Shown piece by piece: positions 50,251-63,685 of a stretch of 63,685 nucleotides of DNA. Position numbers and translations under genes: made by a program. Under the pieces are notes generated by a model. That model had not been told where the DNA came from and did not search any database. It saw nothing but the letters and a program-made list of their open reading frames with translations. The stretch covers positions 27,280,001-27,343,685 of the forward strand of contig NC_134477.1 in assembly GCF_964194025.1 (NCBI RefSeq), in the 5' to 3' direction. Position 1 is the stretch's first letter. Every line of letters starts with the position of its first letter. Origin of the DNA: Convolutriloba macropyga. Its lineage: Eukaryota.

Positions 50251-53200
50251 CTGTACGAATGAAACCCGATACAAACTACAGTGTTATTTGCCACATTATT
50301 TTTTCGTTAACATGCATTAACCTCAAAAGGCCCGAAGAGTGTGCAACAACCCAGCAAAGTATCAGGGCGTAGCCCTCAACGAAAAATCTCTATTCGGACC
50401 ACACCTGCTGCAGTCTGATCGGAATTAAACTTAGCTTCCGAAAAATATCACATAGCTTTAATATCCGACATAGAAGCAACACTTCAAATCGCTGTCCCAA
50501 ACGACGACAGCCGATGTCTCACAAAGAGCAATTGGCTCTCAGAAGTGGCCAAAATCTGATTCTTCATCAACTTAGATAGTTGAGCTTTCTTGACATAAAA
50601 TTAGCAACAACACTAGCTGTTTACTGAAACCTTAGAAACTTCAGCAGGAGGTTGTACATAGATTCGTAAAATGTAACCACTGTTTACTAACGTTGCTCCT
50701 CAGCATTTCAAGATATTTTTGTATTTTCTTGTAAGATCTGATGAGATATCTGAAGATCTTATCAGATCTTGCTCAGTATTTTACAAAGCGAAAATATCAT
50801 ATTGTTTGTAAATTAAAGCTGTTTCTTTGTGCGAGGTCCAATATGTGTAAAATTTTTGCAAGGTAGATAGTTGTTTTGATGTTTAAAATCTGATAAGATG
50901 CGTTTCAAAGTATTGCTCATCCGATGCGTAATCTGATTAAAAGGTGATAATAATTTATTGTTTGTAATTGGAAACAAGTCACACAGTGAGAATGCTTTTG
51001 CTATACAATTTGTCTGAACTGAACTAGATAACATAGCATTTCCCATCTTAAGTTACGTTGCTGGGTGTTTATTGTTGTTTTCTGCAATTTCATTGAAAAA
51101 AATGATTTTGATTTGGCTATTCACAAATGCACAGTTGTTTTTTTTAAAAGGATCCATTCAGCATACATAGTTTTAAAAATCAGAAGCGTTGACCACGTTG
51201 CAGTTAATAGCAGTTTGATCTTTTGATCCCACCTGACCAATTTGTTTTTACCAAAAGGAAAACTCACATTTCAGTCTCGCTAATTTTGAATCGTATGAAA
51301 AGCTGCTGATATAATCAGATTCCCGGGACACCAATTAATACGTACAAAGTATCGGACATTTCTTTTCCCTCAACCCTCATTAATCACCACTCTCGGACAT
51401 GGATTATCTCTTCAACTACTTGCGCACACAGTCGCAAACATCTCTTCAACTACTCGCGCGCACAGTCGCAAAGCATGTCCTTTCCCCCTCTCCCAAATGA
51501 CCCATTTGAACCGAGCCTCTCTGACGAGAGGGTAAATTTTGATCCAGAACAAAAAAACCAACCCGGAAAATCCAAACAGAAATGGTACTAAATTCACTCG
51601 AACCCAAAAAAGGCCCTTGACTCTGTAACATTTGAGGGAGAGAGAAACCTCGACTCGCTGCCTCCGCGAAGGATATGATTAGACTTACTGACAAAACAGA
51701 CCCGGGCAGTGTAAGAGAAATGGCTTCTCTAGAAAATTTAAAAAGGAAGCATCAAAATTGCCAATACCACAAAAATTGAAACAAGAATTCCAAAAATATA
51801 AAGTAAAAGTGCATTTCAATAACAACAAAAACCAAAAAAAAGTAACCTCATGCTTCGTCAGAACAAAAGTTTTGCTAGATGTCAGCCTAGGTCTAAAAAA
51901 GACAAACTAAATGAATCTTGGATTAAAGCTCAAAACTATATAGAATTAAATGCAGCGGAACAAAACAGGAGAACTACTGGTATGAGTCCTAACCAATGAT
52001 GAAAACAAAGCAAGAAAAGCAATTATTAATGGGGTTGTATTACTGAGATAGATCAATGCTTCAATTGCCGACCACATAGTCACAATGCAGCAAACTGCGA
52101 CATAGCATAAAGATGTCCGGGATTCGGAGGACACGACACGACATCACACCGAAGACTATAATCAAATTGAACTTTGCTGCGCAAAATGCAATGAAAAGCA
52201 CAGCTTAGTTTACAAATGTTTTCAAGCAAATGAAGAAGCAGAACAAAAAGCAGATGCTGCGTCAAATGCAGAGGCTCTAAAAAAACCAGAAAGCAAAGCT
52301 AAAGAAATAGCCAAAAAAGCAAGTGATATCCAAACACAAATCGAGATAAACTCCAAAACTATAACAAGGAATCATATTAGATAACTTGAAAGCAAATTAG
52401 AGCAGATAGCAAACACGTAAATGCGCAACGGAGAATTTATCTTCAAGGTCAAATTGACCATTTTAACGCAAGCCTTCAAAACACAAAAAAAAACTAATTA
52501 AAAAAAACAGAGTAAAATTTTAGGAAAAAACTCACAAAAGTTTTAAAAGAAATAAAAAAAGACAACAAACTGACAGTAAAAGAAAAGAAAATGGGACAAG
52601 ATTTCAACAAGCCTTGTGACAACAGACTCTAAAACCATGAAACTTATCAAGGAAACAAAAAAAAATTAAATATCTTAAATAGATGAAACGTTTAAAAATG
52701 GAAACAATATGAAAAATAAATGAAAAATAAATATTACATAAAACTGTTATAGTCACGCAACTAAGATAAAAAAGAGAAATCACAAGAGAAAATAACAAAA
52801 AACTCAAAAATCTTTAGTATAATTGAAAAAAAAACAAAAGCTGACATAGCTTGAGTCAACAAAACAAATTTATGTAAAAAAAATAAACACAGCTGTTTAG
52901 GCTCAACAATCTACATCGACTAAGTTACTTATTCATTGAGACTACTACATATGAATCAGAAAGTAATCAAAGACAAGAAAGATCTCGCTCAAACAAAGAC
53001 TATAAATCACTCAGATTCGTCATTACAATTTCTATGTATCACCACAACCAGGAAAAAAATCTGATCTAATGAAAAAGCCAATCAATGAAGCCCACCTATT
53101 TACTGGCGACGTCCATAGAGATTACACAATGATTGGAGGCAATGACCAACTCACTAACATAACTGGAAGAAAAGTTGAACAATGGCTTGACGAGGAAAAC

Positions 53201-55249
53201 CTTAAATATTACTAAACAATTACGAACTCCCACACAAAGAGGGTAGAACACTAACCAACTCAAAGAGTACAAGATGATTTGAAGAATTTGATGTCTTCAA
53301 CGAAAACCCTGGTGAACATCACTCAAATGAGAGCAGCTATAACATATATAAATTAATCAAATCACGTTTAGTCAAAAAGGTAACCGGAAAAGTACAAATA
53401 TAAAATCTTGCAAAAATCCGATAACATAAAAAGAAGCATAACGAAATCAAAAAGGATTTAGAAACAAACATATATAAAATTACACAAAACATTAAAGATC
53501 CATACAAAAAGAGCGTGTATGTGAAAAACACAAAGCTACAAACCACCAAATTAAAAAGCTGCTAAAGCGAAAAAAGAAACCATTCGAAAGAAACAACAAA
53601 AGCAATCCAAACCAAAACCAAACATTATCCAACACGACCAATATACAGTCGATAGAAATAAGGAAAATAAGTAATGAAAACACAACAAGAGAACAAATAA
53701 AACTAATTGACAAATCAAATCAAGCAGGGAAAGATAACATTTTTTGGAAAGCTGCAAAAAAATTACTCAACCAAAATCAGAAAAACAACGAAAAATCATC
53801 AACGAATGATCAGGAAGCTGCAGATGCTTTTACCAAAAATTTGAAAATTAAAATGAAAACGAATCAAAAACAGCTAAGGCAAAAAAGAAGGAAAAAATCG
53901 TCTCGCTGAAAAAAAGAGAAACAAACGTTAGGGTAAACACGCCAACTGGAGAAAAAAAATACACAGAAATTAAAACCCTAAACTCTTTTAAGTATTTTAA
54001 GAAATCGCAAAAATTATGCACCAAGACATAACGGAATAAGGTATCAGATGAAAAAATTTTACCATAAGAAACACTAGAAAACCTAGCACAAACAATTAAA
54101 GCATCAACACAATTAGGACATGTACCAGCCCAATGGAAAACTAAACTGAAACAATGATACCAAAGGCAGGAAAAGATCACAAAACGTTGAAAGGATGCAG
54201 ACAGTTATCATTAACACACTGCCTTGGAAAACTATTCGAGAGCATTGTAAATGAACAGCCTGTAAATCTCTGTGAACAATTAAAAAAATCAGAGACTAAC
54301 AAACCGCCTACAGATCTGGCATATGCACAAATGAAATTGTGCTAACAGCAACAAACAAAACAACAACAAGCTTCAATTGGACAGGTGTCACAGCTGCTGC
54401 CTTCTTGATGTAGTTCAGGTTTTTCACTCTTATCACGAAATCATCTTATACAAGCAAATTCAGAATTGCACACCATGTTGGATCACAAAATGGTCTAGCA
54501 GCTTCCCAAGTAACAGAAAATTTAAAGTAGATTACAATCAAGCACTTTTAAAATCTGTGCACCCGAAGCAGGGGCGTAATGAGCCCAATATTGTTCCATA
54601 TAAATTTAAGTAAGCCCTAATGTACGGAAACAAATCGGATTCAAACACATGAAAAAGACTCATCAACGCGGTTAAAAACCATATACAATATATTCCCTAG
54701 ACAGGTACTGATTACAAGTCTGAGGCCAACACTAGGGGCAGAGAACATTAACGTCATCAAAGAGCGGTCTTGACCTCAATAATGAATTTCTCGGCCTTGA
54801 CCTCAATGATTAGATGACCTGGACATGTCATGTCAGCAAAATAGTGATAAATTTGTGACAAAGGATCAACATCCTAAAACATCTAAAATCTAAAACCTAA
54901 CATCTAATATTCTCATGTAGTTTTTAAAAACATTGGTAAAACCACTATACAATTATGCATACGTAGATTGCGCAGATGTAACAAAAACTGATCTCGGCAA
55001 GAAGAAAAAACAAAACAAAGCGATAAAACTTGCATATAACCTACTAATGTGGACGAGCGTAGTTGAAGTACTCAAATAAGAGACTTTGAAACGGTATGGA
55101 AAACAATCTAAAAATTTTGCTGGGAATGTCATGTAAGGTCTAAAAAAAAAAGAATCCGAGAAAATTGTAGCAATTTATTTATCGATAGATCAAAGTTTAT
55201 CAATCTCTTTTGCAAACCATCTTTTAACAAAAGCAAACAACGGCGGGTG

Positions 55250-55570
55250 CGAACGTCTTGGGGTATGGTTTGATACGTTAGCTGCAGACATTCAGAAAAC
55301 TCAGCCAAAATTCTGAAAAAAACTGTTTGTGGACGTATGGGGTATCACTCGAGACGTTTGCTCGAGCCATCAAAAGTAGTGACCTTTTCCCCAAAATCTA
55401 AACCAAAGCAAAACAAAGCTGGATGCGATGTTTTGGGGTATAACTCGAGGCGCTAGCTGAAGCCATTCAAAAACCTAAGCTATTATCTGAAACAAAGGAT
55501 AACAATTGTTGATGCGGACGTGTTGGAGTATCACTAGAGACATTAGCTGACGCCATTCAAAAACACACTG
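55250..55570 (+). repeat. Four diverged ~80-95-bp tandem units
   Basis: Core TGGGGTATCACTCGAGACGTTAGCTGAAGCCATTCAAAA recurs in diverged form near 55258, 55338, 55434 and 55524. Confidence 0.8.
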
Positions 55571-55594
55571 CCCGGGCGAACTTTTAATTAAAAG

Positions 55595-55632
55595 TGTATG
55601 TATGTATGTATGTATGTATGTATGTATGTATG
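55595..55632. repeat. (TATG)n microsatellite
   Basis: About nine perfect TATG units preceded by AATTAAAA; possibly a LINE 3' tail. Confidence 0.95.
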
Positions 55633-58600
55633 GTTGACGTTGGGTTTTTATGTGTGTGGGTGTGTACAATACTTGACAAACCAATGAAGTGATAAAAACC
55701 ACAACAAGGTGATCATTGTGGGGACTAGACTAAACATGGGAATCAGTCCACGTCTTGAAGCTGATCCAACTCTAGTGTAACAATAAGGGAAGGCAGTGTG
55801 ATCGTGGGAATCTTGCTCAGACTTTGATACTGTTCTCACACACTGTTAACGCTTCGGAACAACACTCAACTTCACATGGGCGCAAGTAATTGCCTCAATA
55901 ATTGACACAAACTTTTTTCAGATCCTACACAAAAACAATGTGCTCTCAGTGCAGAAGTTGGATGTTTTACCTTTAAAACGGGTTCGAGGTGCACTGCGGG
56001 TGCTTCTTTCTTCACCTCTCGTCTTTCTGTCTTCTTCTTCTTTTCCCCCTTCTGCTTCCCTCTCTGCACAAACCCCTCAAATTAAAAATTCAATTAAACA
56101 AATCGACAACAAAATCTCAACCAAACTAATCTCTCTGCCTCCATCCTCCAGACAAATATTCAACGTAACCCAGTTTTCAACCAACCAAACCAATCTCACG
56201 GCCTCCATCCTCCGTACAAAAGGTCAACATAAACAACCAGAAACCAACAAAAACACCAAAACTAAATCCAACCCAAAGACGAAGCGCAGTTTAAAAAGTG
56301 GTGTAAATTAACACTTAAGAAATCGCAGTTAGGAATTCATTGCTAAATGAACACACTCATTCAGCAGTATTCAAGCTAAATTTTACTCCAGAGGGAAAAG
56401 TTGTGGACAAACTAAATTTGAAAAAAAAGTTGAGCTGAAATCTGTTCACAGATAAACTAAATTTGAGGCAAAATTTGCATTTACATTTGTTGGCTGCGCA
56501 TAGCCTTTCCATTTGTCGTAGTCTAAACCCGTGTTTTATAATTGAAAGAAATTCGTTTTCCTGTCAAAACTTCAATATTAAAGTCATGTTAGAGAGATCC
56601 AAACGCAGTAAAAGTTTAACATCATAATCAAAAAGGTATTTTTGCTTCATTATATAAGTTTTTGATCATTTTATCAACGCTATTGTTTTTATTTTAAAAA
56701 CATGAGTTGTGCATAAGTAGAAAAACATCAAATTAATGTGAAAAACTTGATGGTTACCTGGTGGCTCACAAACTATCTGAACCTTTAGCGGGGGATATGT
56801 GCAACACACTTACAATGTACATGATAGAAATTTAAAGGGAAAATTAGGGAGTGCACAGTTTTTTTGTTCCTTAATTCGAAACGTTTCTTTTCAAAGACCC
56901 TGAAAAAATATTTTTCATAAGTGTAAAAGAGGGAAGTGGCAGGCTCAAACTCAACAATTTTGTATCAATGTATTGTTAGGTCAAACAGCTCACTTGACTG
57001 CGCTCACTGAAGGTCACCTCAACCGGCGAAAAAATTTGCAAGAAAATGAAATTTTGTCATTAACATGACCATTCAAAATAAATTTTTTCACCTTTAACAT
57101 GACAATGTCTATGCCTATCTCCTATAAATTTATATAGACCATCGTAACTAAAAAAACAAACGTTGCTCACATCAGATAAACAGACATATGAAAATGAAAT
57201 TTTAGTTATCGATGGGTAACGAAACAGTTCTTATTGAATGATTTTTCCTCTAATTTAGACATCAAAGATTAGTTCAAATCTTTTCTGTTTCTGATCCACC
57301 CATTACGTAAAGCAACCTGCAAGTCCACAGCACACGCCTTACAATGTAATTCCTTATGTAAAAATCTGGCATGCGCGTCTTGGAGATATAAAAATTATTC
57401 ACCGTTTTTTGAGGTCGGACAAACTAATCAGATCCATTGGCTGTGTTACCTAATTTTAGCTTTACAAGAATCTATTCGGTACAAAAAGTTGAAAACTATG
57501 TTGCTGTTGTTTTTCTGAGCAAATGTTGCTCTTGACTTTCGTGTTCAAAATATTCTAATTTTGACTGATAGTCAAGGGATGTGAACTAAAGAATTTTTTG
57601 TTCCAAATCGATTCTTGATATAGTTACCAACTACATTAGAATCAATTGGAGTCGCTCCAACTATTTCCTTGTTATTTCTCTTGTTATTGCACCCAAATTT
57701 TTCCCGCCATTGGATTACGACTCAATTGATCAAACTGTAAATTTTCAGCTCCCCAATCATTAGATGAGACATCAAAAACTTATCACTAACGACTGTCTTT
57801 ACTCATTGAATGACATATTTTTCAAAAAACACTCAAATTTTAACGGGCCAGATAAGAATTTAAAGGCTTGCTCACGTTCAAAATCTGCCTTTAATCATAA
57901 AACTCTTGCAGACCAACGAATAGCTGTAAATGCCCCAAACAGCTCGTATTAGATATTGTATTGGATAGAAATCCAAATTTGCAAAACTTCAGGGCGTGCT
58001 TGTCTTACTTTCTGTTGTCTCCGGCTGATTTTAAGCGGCTTTTTTCCGCCGCATTTTTACTAAAACTTGATTGCAAAAGGAAATGACGGTAACGTCCATT
58101 GCTGCTTATTTACTCTTATTCGAAACATTTACGGAAATGTGGCCCTGTCTGGAGTTTTTGTCGGGTAGAAAAATGTTCTGCTCGCAGACGGGTGACATTT
58201 ATTCACTCGAGCAGGCTGACACAATTCTGTTTTTTTATTTTATAGTTCGATATTACTCGCAGCAGGTGTTTTAAAGCAGCACGGAATTATTTCGGAGATA
58301 ACTTAGAAAACAGATTTTAAATGGGGCCTTTGGATGAGGAGGCACCCGATTGTGGAAAAGAAAGAGATAGCAAAAGAGTTTTTTCTCCTGTGGAGGTACG
58401 TTTGTCTAAAAACTGTCATCAGCATAGTTATCTGATTCTTCCTGGATTTTTTTAGACGGCTGCATTGTCGCAATTGCACCTGTTTTTCAATTGTTTCAAT
58501 AACTGACATGTTTTTGTTTGGATTATGGCCTGCGAGCTTCTGCGCAAGATGACAAAAATTTAGTCACAAAATCATTACATGCAACTTAAAAATGATCAGC

Positions 58601-58899
58601 TGGTATTATAATTCATCACTGGCTGCTTCCAATAAAAAAGGCATGCCTGTTTTCATGGAGTATCGGACACGAGGGCTCCTAAAGTGGCTTCAAACGTTGC
58701 GCACCGAATCTGTTCATTTTTGCTTTTTTTCTTTGTCTGACGGAAAAATGCATCATAATGACTAGAGTCTTTCAGGCGCATCGGCGCAATAACGCAGGAT
58801 ACTAAAAGAACATTAAATTTCGCTGACAAAAATTGAATCGTCGAGAAGTTCTTCATGATTATTAAATTGTTTCGCTAGACACAATGAAACAAAAGCATG

Positions 58900-60350
58900 C
58901 TTAGCATCCTATAGCAGCTCCTAATACTGCAGTTTCCTCTAAGATGTTCCTTTTCATTCAACTATCAATTTTATTCAAGCCTCGATTCAACTTACCTTTG
59001 TGTGTTTTAAAGCACAGTTTAATCCTGCTATTGAAATAATTTTCCAATGCTTTACATATATGGGTTTTGGAGTTTGCATTAATCCCGTCATTGATATATC
59101 AGCACAATTGTAGAGAATTTGTGTTTGGTTTTCAAAAATGCCAAGTGGCCCCGGGAAAAAATGTACCCAAACAATCTCCCTTTTGTAGTCCTGCCTGACT
59201 GCCAACCGTTCAGCTAATGAAGAAGAAATTCCCATGACTGTAATATAAAAGAAGATGAAAAACATTGTTCCAGGCATCAGAAGTTTTGTTGAGTTTACGA
59301 CATTTTTACGCTTGTCTGAAATGCTTTTATCAAATCAGTACCTAGTCCCACTTTTTGTTTTGTTCTCATTATTATGTTTTTTGCCTCGTCAAGATTGTTC
59401 CTGGCTTCTGCTTTGCTCCAAGAAAATTAAACACGTCGGAAGCCACTTTCTTTGCAATGCACTTGGAGATTAGACGCTAAATTTGTTAACCTACAGCAAT
59501 AAGTCTAATGCCAGTTTTTTTCCATGTCAAGGCTGTTAGTGCAGCAGACTGAGCTCAGGAGATTGCCCTTGGTCGTAGAACAATTCCCTTTGCTTAGCAA
59601 TGTAGCTGACGCGTGGAGTATTTGAAAACTGAACAACTGATGGCCTGAAAGTGCTTGGAGTAATTTTTTGACGGATCCGAAGCTGTAAACCTGCGAAAAA
59701 ACTGAAACTATTTTCAGTTTAAAAAGGTTTTCAGCTACGATTTTGTCTCGGATCATGGTTTTTTCCGCTTGTTTTTCATTGTCAAAAAATGATACGGTTT
59801 GCGGCCGTAACTTTATATTGGGTCAAGGTGTTTCTTCAATTGGCTGCGCTCTTTTGAGATTGACGAAAATTTTTCTGTTTTCTGGCGTTTCTGTTGTTTT
59901 TCACTCTGATGACAAAACTTTTGCCAAACAGCGGAATTGCGCATAAGGACGAAGTGAGGTCTGTTTTTTGTTTTGTACTCTTTACAAAATACTCATCCAC
60001 CCTCCATTGCTGAAATTTATCCATCAATAAGTTTTGCTCATAGTTTTACTAACTTTGTGGGAAGCACGAAAAGACATCTATTTATTGCAATTTTTCCAGT
60101 TGCCTGCGCAGTTAGGATTTGAGAAGCAGCCATCATTGATGAGCCTAAGAAATTCGGGCGATCGCAAAAGGGTTTTTCAGGAAAAAAATGCAGTTTTGGA
60201 ACCTTTGTACTGTAAACTCTTTGCAGATTTGTTATTTTGTTTGAGTTGCTGTCGGAATACTAAATCAAATCCCGGTATTGTTGATGGATCCAACTCGTCT
60301 ATGCGAACAGCTGAATTTTTTGGTATTTGTTCCACTGCTGACAAAATTTA
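58900..60350 (-). mobile_element. Possible decayed Mutator-like (MULE) transposase
   Basis: Minus-strand fragments QQWRVDEYFVK (ORF 59836-60027; cf. 'W..DGTFK') and LNKTSDAWNNVFH (~59295-59255; cf. 'RTNN..E.W+..F') occur in the expected order. Very degraded. Confidence 0.35.
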
Positions 60351-60539
60351 GTGAATTGCAAAAATGCTCAAATTGATATAGAGCATACCCAATCATCATA
60401 GTTTGAACTCCATTGAAAACAGCTGATTTTACATTGGAATAAATTGTGATTCAACATTAGGACTTTTTCAGAGATTATATTTTTATTTGGTATAAAAAAA
60501 GCAACCAAATATTTCATCATTAATTGTTATTTCACTAAT

Positions 60540-63045
60540 CTAATGTGTTAGGCCAGAATATTTGGAGTCCTATAGCATAAAGTTGATAACTAAAACTGCA
60601 ATCGATTTTCAAATAAGCTTTAGGTAAACCTATATAGTGCATCGAGTGGACAGCTAATAGCTGTAAAGACTTTAAAAAGCAATTTTTTTGAATTTTTTTT
60701 AAATATAACAGATATTATACCTATTTTCATGAACAGCAAGTCAGTCTCAGTAAGGACAGGAACCCTTTTTTCTACTGCAACGAAACTATGGTAAGAGATA
60801 AGAGGTTTCATCTGCTGACACTTGATTTTATGAGTTTGATAACAACAGTTCTTTTTTTAAATTTTAAAAGAAATCGGATCTTTTTTTGTAATTTCGGTTT
60901 TTTTGAAATCTGGTATCATTTTCCTAATATTGTTTTTTTCCCAGTGGCTTCTACAAGTTGTGCAATGTATCATAAAAGGGTTCAGAGAAAACATTATTCT
61001 TTAAGTAGCTTCGACACGTTCTTCTCCATTTTCTGCTGAAAATTTTTGATTTTTGCCTTTATTTGTCGTTGTATTCATGATCATAGGAGTTATGGTCATG
61101 TGTCATTGATGTTATTTTGATGATGAACATCCTTGTGTTCTCATTGAGGCAAAAATTAATGTTTTTTTTACTTACTTTCCTTGATAAGTCTTGAAATTAA
61201 TTGATGTTAATACTTATAAGTAATTTTTTATTTTTGAACATAAAAAAACTTAAACTGTTTTTTTGTGAACTTTAAGTCAGTCTCAGTAATTACACGGCGT
61301 CCATTTTTTCTACTGCAACTAAAATAAATCCTCTTACTATTGGTTTTTTGACTTCAACGCCACGCGTTTAAATAATTTTTTTTATAATTTTTGTATATTT
61401 TGTTTTGTATCCCTTTGAGTTTTTATCACATTATCCAAATGATGATACTCCCAGTGGCTCAGCAAAGACTTTTAATGGACCACAGATAAAGTTTTTAGAA
61501 AAAAGATTATGGTTTAAATGGCTTTGACTCTTTCTTGCACTTTTCTACTGTTTTTTCGGTATTTGCCTGCTTTTTGTTGTTGTTTTTATAATCAGAAGAC
61601 TTTTTGTGCTGTCTTATTGACGACTTAGAGGATGACAAACATCACTATCTTCTTAATGAGGCATATTTTTGCGTATTTATTAAGCTCCGTAGAGAGCTAT
61701 TGAATTTAGTGACTGTTAGACTTTAAAAATTTTCGAAATTTTTTTTAACAATATTCTTTACTAGGCTTATTTTCATGAACTGTAAGTCAGTATCAGTAAT
61801 GACAACAGGTCTCCTATATTTTTACTGCAAACAAAATTATTCTGATAACAGGTTTTATCTGCTCACTATTGACTCTATGACTTCGATAACACGAATTTTT
61901 TTATTATTTCAAAAAAATGTTCGGATTTTTTTATAAATAATTTTCTTTTTTTTGAAATCTTATCTCATTATCCCAATTTTAATAGTTCCCATTGGCGTTA
62001 CTTCCACTGGATCATAGATAAACTATTCAGAGAAACGGTTATGGTTTAAACGGCTTCGACACTTTCTTCTTGCATTTTTCTGCTGAATATTTGGACTTTG
62101 CTTGTAATTGTTGTTGTTTTTTTAAGCATAAGACTTGTTGTCATCTCCTGTTTATTTTTTACTTCCGTTGAAAGCTATTGATTTAATGGCGTTGACATAA
62201 CAGGTTTACTGAAAAATTTCTTCTTTATATTATATTTGTTCAAATCTGATGATTTATTGAAGTCATATTGTTAAAAATGAAGAAGAACCCCGTTGCTGTT
62301 AAAGAACAATATGATTTAACGAGATTAGAAAATTTTTTACCAAAAATTTCCTATTTTTGATTTGACAGTTTTCTCGCTCAATTTTTCTTCGAATTTGCTG
62401 TCTTTGATTTTTTAAAATTTTTCATCTGGTCGTAAAGTGCTGACTGTCCTCATAAGATGTTGAATGAATGATGTTGAATGAATGATGTTTTTCAATGCAA
62501 TCAGATTGAATGAATGATGTTATTAAATGCAGTCAGTTTATAGCGAATAGTCTTAAAGCTTGTGATGTTGTTCGTTTTCAAATACTCTTTATAATTTTCG
62601 GTTTTTGTTCTATTCGTCAAATTGTAACTTATTCTCATCATAGAGAGGTTTCATCCAATTATTTGTATTAAAAAACCATTTTTCCATTGATATTATGTCG
62701 TAACTGTTGTTTTGTTTGTTGGAAAATATGCGTTTTCATAAAAGTTTTGTGAGTAGTCAATATTTGTATTTCTTTTCCTCTTCTTCTAGCACATTCGCTA
62801 AAAAATTTTAATTTTTTTGCTGTTTGTTTTTTTCTTTTAGTCTTTCCACTGGCAGATCTTGTGAGCGCTGTACTGAGTCATGGTTTTATGCAGTTCAATC
62901 AGTAGTTCGGTCGTGTACAGATTTTTTAAAACTCAAACATCTATTTTTAATTATCTCATCATTCGGTTGACTATTAATTCAAAAATGTAGATGAGCTCGG
63001 GTCGGAACATCATGTGCAAACGCACATTAACGAGCATACTTATTT
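60540..63045 (+). mobile_element. HINE copy E, 5'-truncated, with three internal ~510-540-bp tandem units
   Basis: 3' end GAGCTCGGGTCGGAACATC-ATGTGCAAACGCACAT-TAACGAGCATACTTATTTT. Repeat anchor TGAAC...AAGTCAGT(C/A)TCAGTAA at ~60730, ~61266 and ~61776. Confidence 0.8.
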
Positions 63046-63685
63046 TTTTAAACTCAATTGAAAGCTGTACGATTTCATTGGTAACTTAGAGGCGTGAGCG
63101 AGACTTTGATTCTTCAAAAGGCAATTTTTTAAGAAATATTCGAGCTCTGCTTTTTTCCTTTCAATGGATCGTCGTGTGGTACAACGTCAAATTGTCATTT
63201 CTCAGTTACTTAAAGCGCTCATCAGATGAATCCGCATTTGTGCCGTCTTTTTGTTGCTCTCTTTGGTATCATTAAAATTTGGCTTCTTTAATTGCTTATA
63301 AAGCTTTATTAGAAGGTTAGCTTTACTTGAAACTCAGTAGAAGTACCCCAAACAAGGTAATTATAAAACCCTAACAGTTTTCACAATTTAGATTTTAAAC
63401 TCTTATTTTAAATAAAGGGTCGAACTTAAAGCGAAAAATTCAATTTTTTTAAAGGTCCTTTTATTGTTTCTTTTCAATTGGGTCTTCTTAAATAGGCCCG
63501 GATCATAGTGACATTATAAATCAGCGCTGAATCATAGTATTTCTCAGTCTGTCTTTTTGTTTTCATCTTTCTTTATTATTAAAAAAGAACGTTTATTAAT
63601 ATTTTATATTATTTCAGCAATTTCAGCCCATCATTCCCAGTTTGTCAGGTGGAAGTCCCGGTTAGAGTTTTGTTCAGAGTCATTT

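Larger units (their letters stand above)
51400..55632 (+). mobile_element. Heavily decayed APE-type LINE (I/Jockey-like): ORF1 zinc-knuckle relic, ORF2 RT relic, 3' repeats
   Basis: QCFNC..H....C at ~52050. IPKAGKDHKTLKGCRQLSLTHCLGKLFESIVN (54154), LLDV...ILYK and WITKWSSSFPSNRKFKVDYN (54377-54613), FLGLDLND*MTW (~54790). Strong A-rich sense strand. Boundaries are approximate. Confidence 0.78.

Noticed and set aside
52604-54180. Hydrophobic, membrane-protein-like minus-strand ORFs
   Set aside because: They are T-rich antisense translations of the A-rich LINE relic.
57900-58900. Possible piggyBac-like Cys-rich C-terminus on the minus strand
   Set aside because: Motif spacing is not convincing and no TTAA/TIR ends were found.

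Overview
AT-rich, repeat-dense eukaryotic (probably invertebrate) genomic DNA with a 200-N assembly gap at 1209-1408. The one convincing host gene is a spliced, plus-strand glycosyltransferase family 92 (GT92/DUF23-like) gene. Seven phase-compatible exons can be read by hand: 4570-4707, 8219-8640, 29702-29756, 29898-30016, 30106-30298, 34932-35099 and 38766-39085. No plus-strand first exon is visible. A first-exon-like segment (ATG, short basic tail, transmembrane helix, phase-1 donor) lies on the opposite strand at 23540-23300, inside the 21-kb intron, next to a ~1.5-kb inverted copy of the DNA upstream of exon 4570. The rest is mostly transposable element: five copies of a Helentron/HINE (DINE-1-like) non-autonomous family with ~0.5-kb internal tandem repeats; several non-autonomous TIR elements built from short, often palindromic motif arrays; a CRE-like RLE non-LTR fragment; a Gypsy gag fragment; degenerate BEL/Pao elements, one hosting a 998-bp PBS-less mini-BEL with a 5-bp TSD; a decayed APE-type LINE; a CR1/L2-like fragment; and a possible MULE relic. 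All family assignments come from manual translation and recalled motifs; no database search was run.
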